Notes under the pieces: model-generated
Seen by the model: the letters and a program-made list of their open reading frames with translations, nothing else
Databases searched by the model: none
What the model was told of the DNA's origin: nothing
Translations under genes and position numbers: made by a program
Shown here: piece by piece, positions 39,451-48,136 of the stretch
Position numbering within the stretch: the stretch's first letter is position 1
Layout of the letters: each line of letters opens with the position of its first letter
NCBI GenBank assembly: GCA_029570205.1
Contig: JAKQSI010000093.1
Coordinates: forward strand, 65,135-129,134
Direction: 5' to 3'
Source: Candidatus Omnitrophota bacterium
Lineage (GTDB): Bacteria; Hinthialibacterota; Hinthialibacteria; Hinthialibacterales; JAKPRU01
Length of the DNA stretch: 64,000 nt

Positions 39451-40293
39451 TCATTTTCCGATCGGTTTCCGGTATACCGATGCCATGATGAACTCAAAAC
39501 GCGTAGCCATCCCGTGAAGCGTCTCCGAATGACCTAAAAAGAGATACCCGCCCGGGCGGAGAACCTCGTAATACTTCAACATCAGTTCTTCCTGCGTTCC
39601 CCGGTCGAAATAAATAATCACGTTTCGGCAGAAAACAATATCGAACCCTCTTAATTGCCGTTGAAAGGGATCATTGAGATTGATCTTGGCGAATTCGATC
39701 AGGCAGTGCAATTCAGGCTTGACTTTCACTCTTCCGGTTCCCTTCAGGAAATACTTACGCAGCAGGTCCATGGGGATACCGTTTACTTTGTCTTCGGTGT
39801 AAATGCCCTCGCGTGCCGTTCGCAGGGCGCTGTCGCTGATATCGGAGGCCAGAATGGAGACCGGTCGTCCCGGCGAACGTTGTTGTGCCTCCAGGGCCGA
39901 GATGGCGATGGAGTACGGTTCCTCCCCGGTAGAACAGGCGCTGCTCCAGATTTTCACGGGTGTGGAACCGGATTTCGGATCCAGAAGATGCGGCCACACC
40001 TGCGTGTCGAGGAATTCAAATTGTTTTCCTTCACGAAAGAACTGGGTGGTGTTTGTGGTGATTGCATCAACCATCTTCTGCAATTCTTCCCGTCTTCCCT
40101 CCTCCGAAGTAACGTATTTGTAGTAATCACTATAGGAATCCATGTTCAGTTCGCGAAGACGCTTGGCCAGGCGGTTCATAACCAGCATCTTTTTATGAGG
40201 GCGAAGGGCGATGCGGCTTTCTTTGTAAATCAAGTCTCGAAATCGCTCGAAATCGAGCTGGGACATCTGTTTTTGACTCAGTGTCAGCGCCAA
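39451..40293 (-). CDS. cheR: chemotaxis protein methyltransferase CheR
   Basis: N-terminal helical domain DFERFRDLIYKESRI. SAM-binding IWSSACSTGEEPYSIAI. Confidence 0.9.
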   Translation of the reverse strand: MALTLSQKQMSQLDFERFRDLIYKESRIALRPHKKMLVMNRLAKRLRELNMDSYSDYYKYVTSEEGRREELQKMVDAITTNTTQFFREGKQFEFLDTQVWPHLLDPKSGSTPVKIWSSACSTGEEPYSIAISALEAQQRSPGRPVSILASDISDSALRTAREGIYTEDKVNGIPMDLLRKYFLKGTGRVKVKPELHCLIEFAKINLNDPFQRQLRGFDIVFCRNVIIYFDRGTQEELMLKYYEVLRPGGYLFLGHSETLHGMATRFEFIMASVYRKPIGK

Positions 40294-40390
40294 CTCTTGG
40301 GCCTCTCTTTGTTGGAAAGCGATCTGCCGAGCAGTCGGCGGTTCCTCCCATCCGGTTCCTCTTCACGAGTCATGGACAGGGCCGGGTCGT

Positions 40391-40858
40391 TTATAGAGCG
40401 GCCAATTCTTCCGAGGACAATATCCTCTCAACATCGAGCAGGATCATCAGTCTGTCTTCGATTCTTGCCATGCCACGAATGTATTCTGCGGAAATTGAGG
40501 CCCCCATTGGAGGCAGCGGGGAGACCTGATCGGAGTCAATCTGGATGACCTCCGAGACTTCATCGACGATCAGTCCCATTTCTTTTCCATTGACGTTGAC
40601 GACAATGATCCGTGTTTTTCGGTCTCGTTCCCCCTTCGGAAGACCGAATCGTGTTCGTAAATCCATTACCGGGACCACTTTCCCGCGCAAGTTCAAAACC
40701 CCTTCGATAAACGGCGGAGACTTTGGAATTCGGGTCAATGATTCGAATCGGATAATCTCCTGCACTTTGAGGATATCGATCCCATACTCTTCTTTGTCGA
40801 GAATGAAACTGACATACTGCTGGGTGAGGTTTTCGGTGGCGACAGTTTTCGCGGCCAT
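40391..40858 (-). CDS. cheW: chemotaxis coupling protein CheW
   Basis: QYVSFILDKEEYGIDILKVQEI...VLNLRGKVVPVMDLR is the CheW fold signature. The track start is a TTG; trimmed to the ATG at 40858. Confidence 0.88.
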   Translation of the reverse strand: MAAKTVATENLTQQYVSFILDKEEYGIDILKVQEIIRFESLTRIPKSPPFIEGVLNLRGKVVPVMDLRTRFGLPKGERDRKTRIIVVNVNGKEMGLIVDEVSEVIQIDSDQVSPLPPMGASISAEYIRGMARIEDRLMILLDVERILSSEELAAL

Positions 40859-41093
40859 AGTGCATTGCCCTTTCCCAACCGCGTAACGAGGCAATGAATT
40901 TCATGCTGCCGTTCCTTTGCGGACGGGCGTGTCACGGATGTCTTTCTCTCCAAATCACGTCCTGCGGTTGTCAAGAATGTCCCGATATTCCTTGCGTTTC
41001 AACAGGAAAAGTATACGCCGACGGACGGCGATTCCATAGGACTCGTCCACTGAAAAGTCAAGAGTTTACCGGCCCACAGGCTTCGACATGGAA

Positions 41094-42029
41094 TTACCCC
41101 GCGGACCTGAAAAATGCGACCGTTTCTTTCAGCCCTTCCTCAATGGGAACCTGCGGTGTCCAGTTCAGATATTCTCGGGCAAGATTGTTCGCCATGTAAG
41201 AATGATTCACATCGCCCGGACGGGGCGGTTCGTGGATTTCTTCTTGCTTACTGCCTGTGAATTCGCGGACCATTCGGAATATCTCGTTTGTGGTGGTCCG
41301 GCGACCGGTTCCGATGTTGAACACCGACCGGACACCTTCAGGAATAGCGGCGTTCTTGGCCAGCCGGTTCGCCCGGGCGATATCCCGGACAAACACATAA
41401 TCCCTGGTCTGAAATCCGTCGCCGTAAATGACCGCCGGTTCGCCGTGCAGGAGTCTCCGGCTGAATATGGCCACCACGCCGGCCTCTCCGTGTGGGTCCT
41501 GACGGGGGCCGTAGACGTTCCCATATCGCAGAGCGACATACTCCAGCCCGTGGGCGTGGCGCATGTAGTTCAGGTAATACTCGACCGCGTACTTGCTGAT
41601 CCCATAGGGTGACAAGGGAAAGACAAATTGGTCCTCTTGCAGGGGAAGAGCGGGCGGTTCCCCATATACGGCTGCGGATGAGGCATACACCACACGCCGT
41701 ACACCTGTTCGGACACATTGCTGCAAGACTCGGATGCTTCCTTCAACATTTGTGCGGGCATCGACCTCCGGTTTGCGAGTGGAGACAGAAACACTTACCT
41801 GCGCTGCCAGGTGAAACACCACTTCAGGCCGTTCCCGGTCGAAGATTTCCTCCAGGGAATCGAGAATATCCGCCTGGTAGAACCGTGCGTCGGGGTGAAC
41901 TTGCTCCCGATGTCCCGATGAAAGGTTATCGATCACCGCGACCGAGCAACCGTCCGCGATCAGACTCTCCACAACATGGGAGCCGATGAATCCTGCTCCA
42001 CCGGTCACCAAACAGGTTACACCACTCAT
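41094..42029 (-). CDS. NAD-dependent nucleotide-sugar epimerase/dehydratase (GalE-like, SDR family)
   Basis: VTGGAGFIGSHV Rossmann motif, YxxxK catalytic motif (YGISKYAVE). Confidence 0.85.
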   Translation of the reverse strand: MSGVTCLVTGGAGFIGSHVVESLIADGCSVAVIDNLSSGHREQVHPDARFYQADILDSLEEIFDRERPEVVFHLAAQVSVSVSTRKPEVDARTNVEGSIRVLQQCVRTGVRRVVYASSAAVYGEPPALPLQEDQFVFPLSPYGISKYAVEYYLNYMRHAHGLEYVALRYGNVYGPRQDPHGEAGVVAIFSRRLLHGEPAVIYGDGFQTRDYVFVRDIARANRLAKNAAIPEGVRSVFNIGTGRRTTTNEIFRMVREFTGSKQEEIHEPPRPGDVNHSYMANNLAREYLNWTPQVPIEEGLKETVAFFRSAG

Positions 42030-42080
42030 GGTATCCTCCATTGAGGTTGCGTTCCACTCAGGAATTTCCGGTCAATCGAA

Positions 42081-43166
42081 TCACAGAACGATGCATTCCG
42101 TTGAAGAACCGTTCAAGACTTCAGCTCCATCGGAGCGCACAACGACCATATTCTCAATACGGATTCCGCCCCAGTCCGGTACATACACACCGGGTTCCAC
42201 CGTAATCACCATGCCTTCCAGCAGGGTTCTTTCCTCAGTGGGGGAGAGCCGGGGTATTTCGTGAATTTCCAGGCCGACACCATGCCCCAGGCTGTGCATG
42301 AATTGATCTGCCCGCCTGTGTTTTTGCAGAACCATTCTGGCTGTCACGTCGGGGTCGCGGCAGGGCACATTCGAACGAATCACCTGTACAGCCGCATTTT
42401 GGGATTCCCACACGGCACGATAGGCCGCCCGGAACTCATCGCCCGGATCCCCCAGGAATACCGTGCGGGTTATATCGGAACAATACCCTTCCCAGGCACA
42501 GCCGAAGTCCATCAGAATGGGATTGCCTTTGACCAGCACGGTTTTTCCCGGTTTGCCGTGGGGAAGGGAAGTGCGTGCCCCAAACAGAGCCAGTGTTTCA
42601 AAGGATTCCTTTTCCGCGCCTTCCCGCCACATACGATCTTCCAATATGTGGGCCAGCTCGCGCTCCTCCATTCCCTCGCGAATGTCTCCCAGGACTTGCT
42701 CGAATGCCCGCTCGGCAATTTCCAATGCTCGGCGAATCGAGTCGATTTCTCCTTCCTCTTTTGTGAGACGCAGTTCCTCGATCCACTCTGTCAGAGGCAC
42801 AAAATCGCGATCCGTGCAGGCCTCCACCAGTGTTGTGTGCAGCGCCACGGAGAGATGACGGCTTTCGAAACCCACTTTTCCTGACGGATAATCTTTGAGC
42901 GTCTCCGCCGTTGCGACCGAGTCCCTGCGCTGCCCCTGGAGGACAAAATCGGCTCCAACAACTTCCCTGGAAATTTGCTCCTGATATCGCCCATCCGAGA
43001 TGATCGTGCAGCGTTCCCTGCCCAGAATGAGCAGGGCGTGGCTGCCGGTAAATCCGCAGAGGTATCGGATATTCGGAAGATGAGTGACAAGAAACGCGGA
43101 GAGATTCTCCCGTTCCATTCTTTGACGCAACTGGTTTTGTCGGTTGAGATAAGGCGAATTCATCAT
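42081..43166 (-). CDS. M24-family Xaa-Pro aminopeptidase/dipeptidase
   Basis: Pita-bread metal ligands MDFGCAWEGYCSDITRT ... HSLGHGVGLEIHE ... and an N-terminal creatinase-like domain. Confidence 0.8.
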   Translation of the reverse strand: MMNSPYLNRQNQLRQRMERENLSAFLVTHLPNIRYLCGFTGSHALLILGRERCTIISDGRYQEQISREVVGADFVLQGQRRDSVATAETLKDYPSGKVGFESRHLSVALHTTLVEACTDRDFVPLTEWIEELRLTKEEGEIDSIRRALEIAERAFEQVLGDIREGMEERELAHILEDRMWREGAEKESFETLALFGARTSLPHGKPGKTVLVKGNPILMDFGCAWEGYCSDITRTVFLGDPGDEFRAAYRAVWESQNAAVQVIRSNVPCRDPDVTARMVLQKHRRADQFMHSLGHGVGLEIHEIPRLSPTEERTLLEGMVITVEPGVYVPDWGGIRIENMVVVRSDGAEVLNGSSTECIVL

Positions 43167-43231
43167 CAGTTATTTCGGACGGTAAAGACGAGTCGAGATT
43201 CTGTCAAGTTGACATGTGGAGAACTCCGTAT

Positions 43232-44224
43232 TCAGATTTCCCTGCCCAGCCATCGCATGGCCTTTTCATAGAGTCGAAAAGACCGTCGCTGTTCCAGTTC
43301 CGCTATGCGCCGATGTCCCTTTTCGGCGAGGGCCAGCGCCTCCCCGTAAGCGACCTCCCAGCTCGCAATGGCCTGTTCCAGGCGTTCCACGTAACGCGCG
43401 GTGATTTCCTGAGAACTTTGGTATTCATCGGACTGGGGCCGGATACAGGAGGTCCAAAGCGTACTCAGTTCATTGAGCAGACGGCATGTCCCTTTCGCCC
43501 TCCTGGCGGGATCGACAACGGGCTGCGGCAGGAGCGGTTCCAATGGCGGCTTTGTAGCCACGATCAGGGTGCGATACGCGGGGTCACAGGAATCCGCCGG
43601 GTAGATTTCCTCGCGATAAATGCGGTCCAGTTTTTCGGCGGTAACCAGGCGGTCTGCTTGTGATTCGAGAACCGGATCGGTCAACATGAGTAAGGTCCAG
43701 ATCGGCAGGAATCCCACAGGCATTTTTGAGACAGACCAGCCGTTGGCCTGGAATGTTGCGCAGGTTGCAGCCAAATCCGGCAGAGGATTTTTGAGATGCT
43801 CTGAGAGCCAGGGATGCGGCTTTCCATGGAGTTTCATGTACAGGTCATTGACTGTTTTTTCTGCTTCGCGAACCGACTCCTGGTGGAACGGCGCAGTCAG
43901 TACGATTGCCTCGCGGGCGATACGGCATAACTCTGTAATGGATCGGCTCCGAAAGTTCTCAGGGAGGTGTTCCAGAGTATCCAGGCACACAGCAATATCG
44001 ACAGATTTGTGAAAAAAAGGCAGATTGTCCGCCGAACCACAGACAAAATCCTCACAGGCCGCCGTTCGAATATCCACGCTGACCACGGACCATTTTTCCG
44101 GCAGGATCAGGCTCTCTCCGGTTCCGCCGCCCACATCCAGCACGCTTCGTGGTCCGGGGGGAAACAGGCCATGAAGCACATCGGAAACCGCCTTGCCGCG
44201 CTGCCATGCGTCAAACCGCAACAT
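43232..44224 (-). CDS. class I SAM-dependent methyltransferase
   Basis: VLDVGGGTGE motif I. Function otherwise unknown. Confidence 0.65.
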   Translation of the reverse strand: MLRFDAWQRGKAVSDVLHGLFPPGPRSVLDVGGGTGESLILPEKWSVVSVDIRTAACEDFVCGSADNLPFFHKSVDIAVCLDTLEHLPENFRSRSITELCRIAREAIVLTAPFHQESVREAEKTVNDLYMKLHGKPHPWLSEHLKNPLPDLAATCATFQANGWSVSKMPVGFLPIWTLLMLTDPVLESQADRLVTAEKLDRIYREEIYPADSCDPAYRTLIVATKPPLEPLLPQPVVDPARRAKGTCRLLNELSTLWTSCIRPQSDEYQSSQEITARYVERLEQAIASWEVAYGEALALAEKGHRRIAELEQRRSFRLYEKAMRWLGREI

Positions 44225-44278
44225 TTTGGACTACCCCTTGTTCGGATTTCTGTGTGATTATCCCCGCGATTCTGCCGG

Positions 44279-45880
44279 ATGTCAGGGGAATTGGCATTCT
44301 TGACCGATGCCGGTCGTTTGGGGCATTCTCCCCTCATGGAACAAATGGAGCGTCAAGGTGCAACTGTCTCAGTAGAGGAAGAACGCCCCACAGGGATTCC
44401 TCATGTCCTGTCTGCGTTGGTTCTTGCCGGGCTGCTGCTCAAGTTATCACTGATCGGCTGGAACCGTGGCGAATATACCGATGGGATTATCCAGCTGCAA
44501 CTGTGGGATTCGCCGATAGTTTTCTTCCCGCCCCTGTACACGTTGGTTGTTCAGTTCGTAAACCTGTTTGTAGGGGATCTTTTGACATCGGGAAGACTGG
44601 TCTCCATTGTCGGTTCTGCGCTGGTTCCGATTCCGCTGTTTTTTGCGGCAAGGCGTCTTGGAAGCGACTCCATTGGGATTCTTGCTTCGCTCCTGTGGTT
44701 TTTATCTCCAATGCAGAATCGGTGGGGGCTGAGGGTGATGACGGATTCTCTGTTTGTTTTGTTGTTTACTGTGGCGCTGCTCTATTACATTCATGCAATT
44801 CTGGATCGTGGAGGGGCGGGGAACCGCGCCTTGCGAGCGACTTTTTTCTGGGCCGGACTGGCGACACTTACCCGCTATCATGGCTTGATTTTCCTACTCT
44901 TATGGTTTCCGCTGGTTCGGTGGCGGATTCAGTTTCGGCCCCGAAGACGCGAAGGAGAGCTGGAGCCGGGGACTGTTCGTTTTTCCTGGCCTCTCCCGTT
45001 GGTCTTACTTCCATGGGTGGGATTGATTCTCTGGCTGGCGGTCCGGGGATTCGGTCATTTCGGGCAGTTTACGGAGCGAGCGAGTCATGGGTTGTTCGTC
45101 ACTCTGTTGACTTATTTCAATTTCTTCGAGGGTTTTGTGCTTTACCTGCCATGGGCGGTGGGGTATCCGCTTGCGATCTGGATCATTTATGCGGTGGGAA
45201 GACTGTGGAATCGGCGGGGACCCTGGGGGCTGATTCGTGCTGTGACTGTTTTCACGATTGTGATCTGGCTTCCGGTACAGACGGTGTTTCTGTCTTTTCA
45301 ATTCCGATATTTCCTGCCCCTGCTTCCGATCTGGTGCCTGATGGCGGGATATGCAATTGAGGAGTGCAGAGAGGACAGGTTAATCCCGGCGCGAATTCGC
45401 CGGTTTGGATTGGCGGTGACATTGATCTGGCTGGGTGGCATGTCGGCGCTGGTGGTCGGGTTGCAGCGGGATGCGTTTGGGGATATCACCGACGCGGCGC
45501 TTTTTGTTTCTCAGTGTCCTCAAGAGGAACGGATTTTCTCTAATGAGACCTACCGTCCCGGAGTGGATGCCGTGAAAATGGTGTTCTGGTCGGGACGGCC
45601 GGTTTTAGGGTATGATCCGGATCGTGTTCAGCCGGGCGACCTGGTTGCGATTCACAATGTATATGGGGATCTCCGGAGCGACCTGGACAGGCGTTTTACC
45701 TTCGAGGTGGTTTACCGTTCACGCCGATATCTCTATCCGTTGCTTCCGGACATCATGGTGTGGCCGCCGGGAACGACCAGCCATCCGATTTCGATGGCTT
45801 TTCGATTCACGCCGCAGATGTACCAGACCGAAGTGGTTCGAATCATCGGGAGACGCGACTCGACAGCTCTGTCACCTTGA
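44279..45880 (+). CDS. GT-C fold glycosyltransferase, ArnT/PMT (GT83/GT39)-like polytopic membrane protein
   Basis: More than 10 TM segments. The first periplasmic loop carries WNRGEYTDG (compare the ArnT/PMT D-E/R-x-E-Y motif). About 530 aa. Confidence 0.65.
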   Translation: MSGELAFLTDAGRLGHSPLMEQMERQGATVSVEEERPTGIPHVLSALVLAGLLLKLSLIGWNRGEYTDGIIQLQLWDSPIVFFPPLYTLVVQFVNLFVGDLLTSGRLVSIVGSALVPIPLFFAARRLGSDSIGILASLLWFLSPMQNRWGLRVMTDSLFVLLFTVALLYYIHAILDRGGAGNRALRATFFWAGLATLTRYHGLIFLLLWFPLVRWRIQFRPRRREGELEPGTVRFSWPLPLVLLPWVGLILWLAVRGFGHFGQFTERASHGLFVTLLTYFNFFEGFVLYLPWAVGYPLAIWIIYAVGRLWNRRGPWGLIRAVTVFTIVIWLPVQTVFLSFQFRYFLPLLPIWCLMAGYAIEECREDRLIPARIRRFGLAVTLIWLGGMSALVVGLQRDAFGDITDAALFVSQCPQEERIFSNETYRPGVDAVKMVFWSGRPVLGYDPDRVQPGDLVAIHNVYGDLRSDLDRRFTFEVVYRSRRYLYPLLPDIMVWPPGTTSHPISMAFRFTPQMYQTEVVRIIGRRDSTALSP

Positions 45881-47585
45881 TTCGCGCCACCTCGGAAAGC
45901 GGGTCGAGTTTCAGGGCTTTTTCATATTCCGGTAAAGCGAGTTCTTCTTTGTGCAACAGTTCCCAAATTGAACCGATGGCGATGCGCAGGGATGGATCGA
46001 ATGGAGCCAGACTTGCGCAGGCTTCGTATTGTTCCCGCGCTTTCTCCAGTTCCCCGGAGGTTTTCAGGGTATCGGCATACCGGCGGCGGATATCGGGATT
46101 GTGTGGAGATGCCTGTACGGCTGCCGCCAGGGATGCCAGGGTCGGTCTTTCATCCGGGATTTGGAGCGAGGCTTCTGCGCGATAGGCAGCCCCTGTTTCT
46201 CCGGATCGATCAAGCCAGCCTGTCAAATGTTCGACAGTGACGGAATTTCTCTGCTCCGCCGGCCGTTTCAGTTGTTCTTCCAAGGCCCTTTTGACAATAT
46301 CGGCCCGCCAGGGCGCCCATTGCGCGGCATGGACAAGGTTTGCCTGCGTTGCCAGGATTCTTTCGGCACGCCATTCACGCGCCGACTGAATAATCGGGAC
46401 CACCATCAACGCGGCCATCAAAGCCGGGACGAGGGAGGTGGTTGTGAAATAGGCGGCGGAATCCGGAATACATGCTCTTTTGTCCTCCTTGGTTCCCTCT
46501 TTCAGGCCGAGAAGTCCACCCATCAGCAGCCAACCCAGAGGTGAAACCAACCAGAAAGATGTCGGGAATCCAATAACCAGCCACCCGATCAAAATCAGGA
46601 TTCGCCAGATTCGGGGATGAGAACGATCCTGGGGGCATTGGGTCGGCATGGAAACCAGGAAAACGACGAACAGCACGGCCACGACGAGCAACCCAATCAG
46701 CCAGCCATGGTCGGCGATCCGCTGGTCGGCATATTCCCTCCACCACGGCTCCATTTCGGTCAGGGCTGTCTGGGGGATTCTGCGGGGAATCGACCAGAGC
46801 CACTCCCATGTTTCGGGACCAACGATCCTCTCTGCAATGGATTGAAACTTGAGAAGTGTCGCCACACTGGTGGTTCGGAGAACCGACGGAATACCGGCGT
46901 GGACAAGAATACCCGGAAGGAGAGCCATAGCGGAAATCCCCAGCCAGATTGTCAGCGCGAGCCCCGATGGTATAAACGGACCGTCAGAAGAAATCTGTCT
47001 TGCAACCAGAGCGGCAACGAGAATGACTGCAAGGGCCAGCAATCCGATCCAATCGGCAAGAACAAACAATAGAAGGGAGTACAGAAGTCCGACGATCCAG
47101 AGCAAAACGACGACCCAATTCCGCCTCCCGGTCATCAGTTCCCATGCCAGCGCCCCTGGAAGACAGGCCGTGACGAGAAGCCAGGCAGGTCCGACGTATC
47201 GCCGTGCCCACGTCCATCCGAGAGAATCCGCCACAAGAATTACAAGAGCCATGAAAAGGCAGGGACCCTCAAAAAACCAGGGATTCCGAAACCGGTCGTG
47301 CCGATAACCCCAGAACAGAAAAGCGCCGGAGAAAACCAGCAACAGGGCGTTTTTTCGCATGGGTTCCGGCCATGTTTTCAAAAGAGCAATTACGCCGCCG
47401 CCGAGAAGCAGAAGCCCCAGGATCCTGGCGGGAGTGGATAAGGTTTCATCTGTCTCCTGCACGGATTTTCGGAGGATATCAGCGATCAGGCCGATTGCGG
47501 AGAAAATGAGGAGAATCGCGACCGTCCCGGGTGACGGTCCCCCCAGCAAAATGGGTAAGCTCAGTCCGGCCGCTATGAGGAACAT
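45843..47585 (-). CDS. Wzy_C (O-antigen ligase/polymerase-like) polytopic membrane protein with a C-terminal TPR domain
   Basis: About 430 aa with 10-12 TM helices, then TPR-like repeats ([26 protein letters not shown]...[15 protein letters not shown]). Confidence 0.6.
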   Translation of the reverse strand: MFLIAAGLSLPILLGGPSPGTVAILLIFSAIGLIADILRKSVQETDETLSTPARILGLLLLGGGVIALLKTWPEPMRKNALLLVFSGAFLFWGYRHDRFRNPWFFEGPCLFMALVILVADSLGWTWARRYVGPAWLLVTACLPGALAWELMTGRRNWVVVLLWIVGLLYSLLLFVLADWIGLLALAVILVAALVARQISSDGPFIPSGLALTIWLGISAMALLPGILVHAGIPSVLRTTSVATLLKFQSIAERIVGPETWEWLWSIPRRIPQTALTEMEPWWREYADQRIADHGWLIGLLVVAVLFVVFLVSMPTQCPQDRSHPRIWRILILIGWLVIGFPTSFWLVSPLGWLLMGGLLGLKEGTKEDKRACIPDSAAYFTTTSLVPALMAALMVVPIIQSAREWRAERILATQANLVHAAQWAPWRADIVKRALEEQLKRPAEQRNSVTVEHLTGWLDRSGETGAAYRAEASLQIPDERPTLASLAAAVQASPHNPDIRRRYADTLKTSGELEKAREQYEACASLAPFDPSLRIAIGSIWELLHKEELALPEYEKALKLDPLSEVARIKVTELSSRVSR

Positions 47586-48013
47586 AAACTCACAAGAGCG
47601 CGAAGGCCCAGAAGGTAACTTTGAATACCGAATCCCGAAATCTGTCCTGCCGCCACACCCGCGATAAACGAATGATGCCGGAACTCCTCGCGTCGATGGA
47701 TATTGCTGAGATGCACTTCCACCGTCGGAATGCCCACCGCCGCGATGGCATCTCGAATCGCGACCGAGGTATGGGTATAGGCAGCAGGATTGATAAGAAT
47801 CCCGTCGAACCGGTCCAGGGCCTCGCCGATGGTGCGGACAATCGCTCCTTCCGACGCGTGTTGAACGATATCCAGTTCCACGTCGAGCTCTGTTGCCAGG
47901 GTTTCCAGCGACCGGTTGATCTCCGCCAGGGTTGTTGTGCCGTAGGTCTCCGGCTCGCGCCGTCCGAGCAGGTCCAGGTTGGGACCGTGAACCACCAGAA
48001 TTCGTTTGGGCAT
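47573..48013 (-). CDS. aroQ: type II 3-dehydroquinate dehydratase
   Basis: [21 protein letters not shown]...[13 protein letters not shown]...[12 protein letters not shown]. Start trimmed to MPKRILVV. Confidence 0.92.
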   Translation of the reverse strand: MPKRILVVHGPNLDLLGRREPETYGTTTLAEINRSLETLATELDVELDIVQHASEGAIVRTIGEALDRFDGILINPAAYTHTSVAIRDAIAAVGIPTVEVHLSNIHRREEFRHHSFIAGVAAGQISGFGIQSYLLGLRALVSLCSS

Positions 48014-48136
48014 GGTTACCAGTTCTCCCGAAGTTCGTTCCTTTTTGAAGTGAGCGGCTCTAGGAGGAAAAAGAGCCTCGCGATACAATAATAATCTTTA
48101 CAGATTGCGTTCAATCGAGCCTAGCATATCGGAATA

